Shown piece by piece: positions 27,332 to 32,658 of a stretch of 32,658 nt of DNA; the first letter of the stretch is position 1; each line of letters opens with the position of its first letter. The translations under genes were made by a program, and so were the position numbers. The stretch covers positions 1 to 32,658 of the forward strand of contig JBDRCO010000126.1 of the NCBI GenBank assembly GCA_043821645.1. Direction: 5' to 3'. This stretch comes from Pseudomonadota bacterium. GTDB taxonomy: Bacteria > Myxococcota > JACRCW01 > JAFGSX01. The notes beneath the pieces were generated by a model. The model made no database searches. It was not told where the DNA came from and was given only the letters and a program-made list of their open reading frames with translations.

Positions 27332-27571
27332 ATGGGCAAGAAGAAGAACCGGAAGGCCAGCCCTTCACCGTCGGCGGGATCGGGCAAGGCCGCGCGCTCC
27401 GGCGGTGGTTTGATGGCCATGCGCAGAGGCATCAAGGGTGCCGTCGGGGTGAAGGACAAGGACAAAGGTAAGCCCAGGACCGTGTTCAGCCGGGTCGTGG
27501 ACATCGTGTTCTGGGTGCTCACCGTGGCCGTGGTGGGCTTCGTCCTCTACTCGCGGTTTGCCCGGCGCTGA
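27332..27571 (+). CDS. Small basic protein with a C-terminal TM helix (79 aa)
   Basis: GAGGTGG RBS; Lys/Arg-rich N-terminus; IVFWVLTVAVVGFVLY helix; GC3 bias. Confidence 0.7.
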   Translation: MGKKKNRKASPSPSAGSGKAARSGGGLMAMRRGIKGAVGVKDKDKGKPRTVFSRVVDIVFWVLTVAVVGFVLYSRFARR

Positions 27572-27590
27572 GGCGTGCAGGACCGCAGTC

Positions 27591-27599
27591 TGGTACAAT
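27591..27599 (+). promoter_or_regulatory. Extended -10 TGGTACAAT positioned for a leaderless transcript
   Basis: 7 nt (CTCTTTC) before ATG 27607; no Shine-Dalgarno. Confidence 0.55.
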
Positions 27600-27606
27600 C
27601 TCTTTC

Positions 27607-28896
27607 ATGTTGTACAGGCTGGCCCTACTGCTGCTCGTGCTGTCGACTGGATGCTTCAGGAGCGGCTTCGAGCGGGAGGTCGCCAGACCTACCTTTGACC
27701 ACACCTGGACCGTGAACGTGGTCGAGGACCGCGCCGCTGATGCCACGGACCTGCCGTCGCCTCTGGACCCGACCAACGACCGCTCAAGCCTGTCCTTGCG
27801 GGAGGCCTTGGTCCTGGCCTCGGCGAGCCCGGGTACGGATCGCATCCATTTCGATCCGGAGCTTTTTCATGCCGATTCGCCCGCTCACACCACCCTGACA
27901 GGTGGGCTGCCGGGCCTGCGCGACCGGGGCATCTTCGTCGATGGCACCGGCGCCGGGCTGGTGCTGCATGGCGATGGACTGACCGGGCCCTGCCTGGAGG
28001 TCCTGGCCAACGATGTGAGAATCACGCACCTCACGCTGACGGGCTGCGGCGATCCTGCCCTGCGCATCTCCGGGGCGGCGCGGGTCGAGCTGGCAGCACT
28101 GAGGATCCTGGAGACTGCGGGGCGCGGCCTCGAAGCCGTGGACACCTCGGAGTTGCAGGTGGACGGCCTGGACGTCGCAGACAGCGCCGATTCGGGATTG
28201 GTGCTCGAGGGCGTGCACGGCGCGACACTCACCCGTGTCCACGTCGACAGGAGTGGTCTGTCAGCGATCCAGATCCTGGCGAGCCAGGGCGTGGTGCTGC
28301 GAGAGGGCAGTATCTCCGTCACCGGCGACGATGCGTTACTGGTGCAGGCGTCGACCGAGGTCCTCATCGACAGGGTGCAGGTCGTGCTCGACGTCAAGGA
28401 TGCTTTTCACGGGATTCACCTGGACCAGGTCCGGCACAGCGTGGTGCAGGACTGCTTCGTCGATCCGGGCAGCGCGTGGATGATCGTGCTCAGTGATGCG
28501 TCCGACAACCGCATCCTGCGCAACCTCATCGATGGGGGAGACAGTGGCATCGTGCTCGAGGGAGACAGCGACCGCAATTTGATCCTCCAGAACATCATCA
28601 CGGGCTGTGTCTACGACGGCGTGTATCTGCACGGCGGCGCCGACGAGAACATCATCGCGCACACCTCGGTGCACGCCTGTAGCTCGGGCGTCGTGGGCGG
28701 GCTCGATACCAGCCAGGTCGCCAACAACCTGCATTCAAGCGATGCCTTCGTCGATCCCGCGGCCTACGACTTTCGCCTGGTGGCGGGCAGCCCTGCCATC
28801 GATGCCGGCGAGGACCTTGGCTATGACCTGGTCCTGGGCTCGGAAACTCGGTTTCTGGGCCTGGCTCCTGATCTCGGCGCTGTCGAGAGCTTCTGA
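27607..28896 (+). CDS. Lipoprotein with right-handed parallel beta-helix repeats
   Basis: Lipobox LSTGC; CSLREA-like LSLREAL; repeated GLxL/GIxL..NxI rungs; C-terminal DFRLVAGSPAIDAG...APDLGAVE. Confidence 0.88.
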   Translation: MLYRLALLLLVLSTGCFRSGFEREVARPTFDHTWTVNVVEDRAADATDLPSPLDPTNDRSSLSLREALVLASASPGTDRIHFDPELFHADSPAHTTLTGGLPGLRDRGIFVDGTGAGLVLHGDGLTGPCLEVLANDVRITHLTLTGCGDPALRISGAARVELAALRILETAGRGLEAVDTSELQVDGLDVADSADSGLVLEGVHGATLTRVHVDRSGLSAIQILASQGVVLREGSISVTGDDALLVQASTEVLIDRVQVVLDVKDAFHGIHLDQVRHSVVQDCFVDPGSAWMIVLSDASDNRILRNLIDGGDSGIVLEGDSDRNLILQNIITGCVYDGVYLHGGADENIIAHTSVHACSSGVVGGLDTSQVANNLHSSDAFVDPAAYDFRLVAGSPAIDAGEDLGYDLVLGSETRFLGLAPDLGAVESF

Positions 28897-29013
28897 GCGC
28901 GCGGACCCGCATCCCGTTTGTTGTTCACACCGTGGGCGATGGAGTGGACTGCGTCGGCAGTTGGCGGCAACGCTTGCACTGCTGGTAGGATGTTCACGAC
29001 GAGGCGCGGCACC

Positions 29014-29805
29014 GTGAGCACGGCAATCCCCATATTCTTGCTCCTTGTGCTGACCCAGGGCGGCCAGCAGGACGTGCCTCAGGACACGGTTCACGTGGTG
29101 ATGAACCAGGCCAAGAAGGCCGAGGCCGACTTCGAGATCGAGCGCGCCCTGGAGCTGTGGCTGGCCGTGATCGCGGACGACTCGATCACCGACGGCGAGC
29201 GCTTCGAGGCCAACCTGCGTGCCGGGCACCTGGCGCGGACCCTCGAGCGCGATGCCCAGGCGCGCATGCACTACCTGTACGTGCTGCGGCGCAGTCCAAC
29301 CTTTCAGCTCCCCGTCGAGACCGGACCAAAGCTGCGAGGCTTCTTCGAGCTGGTCCGCCAAGAGGTGGTCCGCGAGCCACCCCCGGGGGCCGCCGCCCCG
29401 ACCGAGACCGAGCCTGGGCACGACGCCGAGCAGGGGCCCGTGGACGAGCCGCCGGAGCCCCCGCCTGTCGAGGAGGCTGATGAGCCCCCTCCACCCCCCA
29501 CGCCACCTGATGACGGCCAGGACGCGCCACCAGACTGGGCAGTGGCAGTTGGCCTGGCAAGTGCGGGGCTGGGGGTGGCCATCCTGATCAGCGGTGCGGT
29601 GGTCGGCTCGATCGCGCTGACGGAGGACTCCATCGCGCGCTACGCGACGGAGAGCGAAGAGCGTGAGGCACACGAACAGACTCGAAATGTGTGGCTGCTG
29701 AGCACGGCGGCCCTGCTTGGAGTCGGCACCGTCATACTGGTCGCCGGAGTTGGCACCGCAGCCTGGGGCCTGTCCGAGAACCGCGAAGGTTCGTCTGCGC
29801 GTTGA
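29014..29805 (+). CDS. Hypothetical exported/membrane protein: TPR-like helices, Pro-rich linker, two C-terminal hydrophobic segments
   Basis: GTG 29014 with GAGG upstream and extended -10 TGGTAGGAT at 28983-28991 (alternative ATG 28990); PPEPPP...PPPPPTPP linker. Confidence 0.75.
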   Translation: MSTAIPIFLLLVLTQGGQQDVPQDTVHVVMNQAKKAEADFEIERALELWLAVIADDSITDGERFEANLRAGHLARTLERDAQARMHYLYVLRRSPTFQLPVETGPKLRGFFELVRQEVVREPPPGAAAPTETEPGHDAEQGPVDEPPEPPPVEEADEPPPPPTPPDDGQDAPPDWAVAVGLASAGLGVAILISGAVVGSIALTEDSIARYATESEEREAHEQTRNVWLLSTAALLGVGTVILVAGVGTAAWGLSENREGSSAR

Positions 29806-29847
29806 ACCCTCGCAACAGCGCGGGGCTCGACGTGGCGGCCCGCGGAC

Positions 29848-30834
29848 TCAGGCCCCTTCGCGGGCGCGCTCGAGCTGTTCGGCCAGATCACTGAGCTGGG
29901 TTTGCCAGTAGCGCTCGCTTCCGAAATCGGGAAAGGCGCGCTCGAACGCCGGATCGTGTCGGCGACTGGCGATCCAGCCGGCGTAGCGCAGGTAGCGCAG
30001 CCCGCGCAGGATCTCGATCAGACCCAAGGTCTCCCGCGGGAAGCTGCGAAACTCCTGGTATCCCTCGACCATGGCGTCGACCTCGTCGGGGCAATCTGCG
30101 ACGCGCGCGGGGAGCAGCAGCCAGAAGTCCTGCACCGCTGGAGCCAGAGCGCAGTCGTCGAAGTCGAGAAAGAACCAGCCGTCGCGACCGGCGAGCAGGT
30201 TGCCGCGGTGGCAGTCGGCATGGACCACCGAGAGCGGCACATCCTTGTAGCGCAGGGAGGCCAGCTCGATGAAGGCACGAGCGGTCGTCTCGTAGCGCGT
30301 TCGCAGGGCCCCTTCGAGGCTCCCCAGCTCGAGCACGAGCGCCAGGCTCTGGGAACCGTAGGTCACGGGCGACAGCTCCGGGCGGTGCAGCAGGTTCAGG
30401 GAGGCGGCGACGTTGTGAATGCGTGCGAGAAGGCGGCCCATGCGACGGTAATCGTCGCTGTTGAGCTCGTCGACCGCCCGGCCGCCCACCCGCGGGAACA
30501 GGGCGAAGTGGATGCTATCGGGGGTCTGCTCGAGGGTCGATCCGGTGGGTAGCATCAGCGGGGCGCAGGTCGGGACCTCGGCCTGGTCCAGGGCCGTGAG
30601 CACGCTGTGCTCGTCGAGGATCGTGGCCCTCGACCAGCGGCCAGGTCGATAGAACTTGGCCACCAGGCGCTGCCTGTCCTCGAGCTCGACCTCGTACACG
30701 CGGTTCTCGAGACTGTTGAGGGCGTAGCACAGCCCGGTAGTGGGTTGCCCCGCCCGCTCCACGGCGTCGAGCACGCGATCCGGCGTGAGTGAGAAGAAAG
30801 AACCGGAGGGGTCCACCACAGTCTTCTCTGGCAT
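29848..30834 (-). CDS. srkA: Stress-response Ser/Thr kinase SrkA/RdoA (YihE) family
   Basis: ALNSLENRVY, VAKFYRPGRWS, HADCHRGN, DFDDC, PAVQDFW, WIASRRHDPAFERAFP; AAAGGAG RBS. Confidence 0.92.
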   Translation of the reverse strand: MPEKTVVDPSGSFFSLTPDRVLDAVERAGQPTTGLCYALNSLENRVYEVELEDRQRLVAKFYRPGRWSRATILDEHSVLTALDQAEVPTCAPLMLPTGSTLEQTPDSIHFALFPRVGGRAVDELNSDDYRRMGRLLARIHNVAASLNLLHRPELSPVTYGSQSLALVLELGSLEGALRTRYETTARAFIELASLRYKDVPLSVVHADCHRGNLLAGRDGWFFLDFDDCALAPAVQDFWLLLPARVADCPDEVDAMVEGYQEFRSFPRETLGLIEILRGLRYLRYAGWIASRRHDPAFERAFPDFGSERYWQTQLSDLAEQLERAREGA

Positions 30835-30951
30835 GGCTCTCCTTTGCCCCCGTGCTGGCGCACAGGAGCCGAGTGCTCGCATCATGCGGTGCGGGCCAGG
30901 TGGGGTCCAGAGCTGTACGCGCGGCGCGAGGAGGGGACCGGAGCGAGACGT

Positions 30952-32637
30952 CTACGGATTGTACGAGGTGTCGTCCGCGGGCCCGAAGGTGTTGCGGCTC
31001 TGCCAGGTGCAGTCGCAACTGCTCGAGGCCTGCGAGGCTGAGCCACGGCAGGTCAGGTCACCGACGATCCACACCAGGCTCGCATCGGGGTTGCTGGTGG
31101 GCACGTCCACGGTCTGGTTGCTGCCGTCGGGCAGGGTCAAGAAGACCTTGGCCAGCGAGGTCTCGATGCCGGGGCTGCCACTGTAGTTGTGAATCGCGTA
31201 GCGGTAGGTGCCCGCTAGGCACATGGCCAGCGTGACGATCTCGGGTCCGAAGCTCGTGGTGTCGTCGGTGTCCAGCACCGCCCAGGGAGGCGCCGCGAGA
31301 GCTCCCGGGGAGCTGTAGTAGACGTGGAAGCGATCAGTGCAGCCGCTGTCCGAGGGATCGCAAGGACCCGTGAAGTGGCTGTCGAGGTCCGAGGGCTGCT
31401 CGCTCCAGCTCAGCACGGCCTGGAACTTGGGGGTGCTCACGATGAGCGGATCCGGCACCTGGTAGCAGGCCGCATCGCCACACTGGGCAGTGGCCGCTGG
31501 CGCGGTGACCTGCACCGGGCCGGCCACACCACCCGAGAAGAATGCGCTGAGAGAAACCGTGGACGCGCGCTTGACCTCGAGGCACAGACAACCGTCGTCA
31601 CCGGTGGTGCCGCTCGAGTCACCGTTGTAGTCGTAGCCCGAGGCGTAGACGCTGACGCCCGCGGCGATGGAACCATCCTGATTGTGCACGCACACGCGCA
31701 CGCAGGTGGTCTCGAGGACCTGATCCGCGTTCCACCAGGACAGGTGGCTGATGTTCACGCTGTCGCAGACGCCGTCGGCGCAGCCGCCGAGGCTGCCTTC
31801 CTCCACCCAGGCCCCCGTGGTCTCGTTGAAGGACCACAGAGGGATGCTGTCCGGGGCGCCCGAGGTCACGGGGATGACGATCTGGGCGTTCTGGCCTGCC
31901 GCGAGATTGACGAGCTGTCCGCTCGCGTCCGTGACCTCGATGCCGAGTGCGCCGAAGCTCTCGAGCATGCCCCCGTCGCTGGTCTCGAAGCCACCCGGGA
32001 AGGCCGTGCGCGCCGCCTCGCTGGACGGATCGAGGACGGCCAGGCTCACCGTGACCGGCCCGGTCGCAGCGAGGGCTCCAGCCGGAAAGGTGACGCTGGC
32101 GGAGCCGGAGGTCACGGTCCCACCTGTGGCGGCATCGAAGCTGTCGCTGGCGCTAAAGGCGAGCAGGGCGATGCGCACGAAGGTCGCCTCACCGCGCCGC
32201 GGGATCACCTTGACGCCGCCCCGGGCGTAATCGGGCGCCGAGGCCAGCAAGGTCACGCGCTGATCCGGTGTGACGTCGGAGATGGTGAAATAGCCCTGCT
32301 CGTTGGCGTCGTAGGTCTGCGCGCCCACCTGCACCCGGGCGCCGTCGATGGAGGAGCCATACAGGGCGTCGACCACCTGGCCGATGAGGGAGGCACCACG
32401 CGGCGGGTCCGCGATGCAGTCGAGACCGTCCGCGCTGAAGCCACTGGCGCAGTTGCAGCTCGCGACATCACCGCTGGCCTGACAACTGCCGTGGCCCGAG
32501 CACGTCACGCCTTCACAGAGATCCGTGCCCGGCGTTGGGCCAAACAGATCGAGCAAGGGTCCGCAACCCGACAGGGTGAAGACGCCAAGTAGTGCCACGA
32601 ATCCCGCCCATGACTGCCATTCCCGTGAGACCTTCAT
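30952..32637 (-). CDS. Surface lipoprotein: EGF-like domain, carboxypeptidase-regulatory-like domain, central beta domain with HLS motif, C-terminal YfaP/DUF2135-like domain
   Basis: Lipobox LSGC; CEGVTCSGHGSC...CNCASGF...C; GQVVD...IDGARV...DANEQGYF; LESFG; SHLSWWNAD; LSW...DLDSH...LDTDDTTSFGPE; GGAG RBS. Confidence 0.85.
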   Translation of the reverse strand: MKVSREWQSWAGFVALLGVFTLSGCGPLLDLFGPTPGTDLCEGVTCSGHGSCQASGDVASCNCASGFSADGLDCIADPPRGASLIGQVVDALYGSSIDGARVQVGAQTYDANEQGYFTISDVTPDQRVTLLASAPDYARGGVKVIPRRGEATFVRIALLAFSASDSFDAATGGTVTSGSASVTFPAGALAATGPVTVSLAVLDPSSEAARTAFPGGFETSDGGMLESFGALGIEVTDASGQLVNLAAGQNAQIVIPVTSGAPDSIPLWSFNETTGAWVEEGSLGGCADGVCDSVNISHLSWWNADQVLETTCVRVCVHNQDGSIAAGVSVYASGYDYNGDSSGTTGDDGCLCLEVKRASTVSLSAFFSGGVAGPVQVTAPAATAQCGDAACYQVPDPLIVSTPKFQAVLSWSEQPSDLDSHFTGPCDPSDSGCTDRFHVYYSSPGALAAPPWAVLDTDDTTSFGPEIVTLAMCLAGTYRYAIHNYSGSPGIETSLAKVFLTLPDGSNQTVDVPTSNPDASLVWIVGDLTCRGSASQASSSCDCTWQSRNTFGPADDTSYNP

Positions 32638-32658
32638 GTGTTCACTCCCAGGCCACTG

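Overview
High-GC bacterial chromosomal window, most consistent with a Myxococcota/deltaproteobacterial genome (MYXO-CTERM-like tail, DUF4388/MshEN signalling protein, Cys-rich lipoproteins). It holds about 28 CDSs and one tRNA-Leu(TAA). I saw no integrase, transposase, CRISPR array or rRNA. Housekeeping-type genes: deaD, a GreA/B-like factor, an MFS transporter, mtaD, an ABC1 kinase, an ICMT-like methyltransferase, a PduO-type adenosyltransferase and srkA/rdoA. Most unusual elements: (1) an AdoMetDC-aminopropyltransferase fusion whose decarboxylase domain has lost its self-cleavage and catalytic residues, the same architecture as animal spermine synthase; (2) a divergent 1085-aa SNF2-like ATPase translationally coupled to an 87-aa unknown protein, transcribed away from a transglutaminase/EDR1-like gene across a palindrome; (3) a coupled three-gene unit of papain-fold protein, small helical protein and ABC1 kinase; (4) a pseudokinase-MshEN-pseudoreceiver-DUF4388 protein; (5) a lipoprotein with a GPS/GAIN-like H-L-S putative autoproteolysis site. 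All family calls are from motif recognition by eye; no searches were run.
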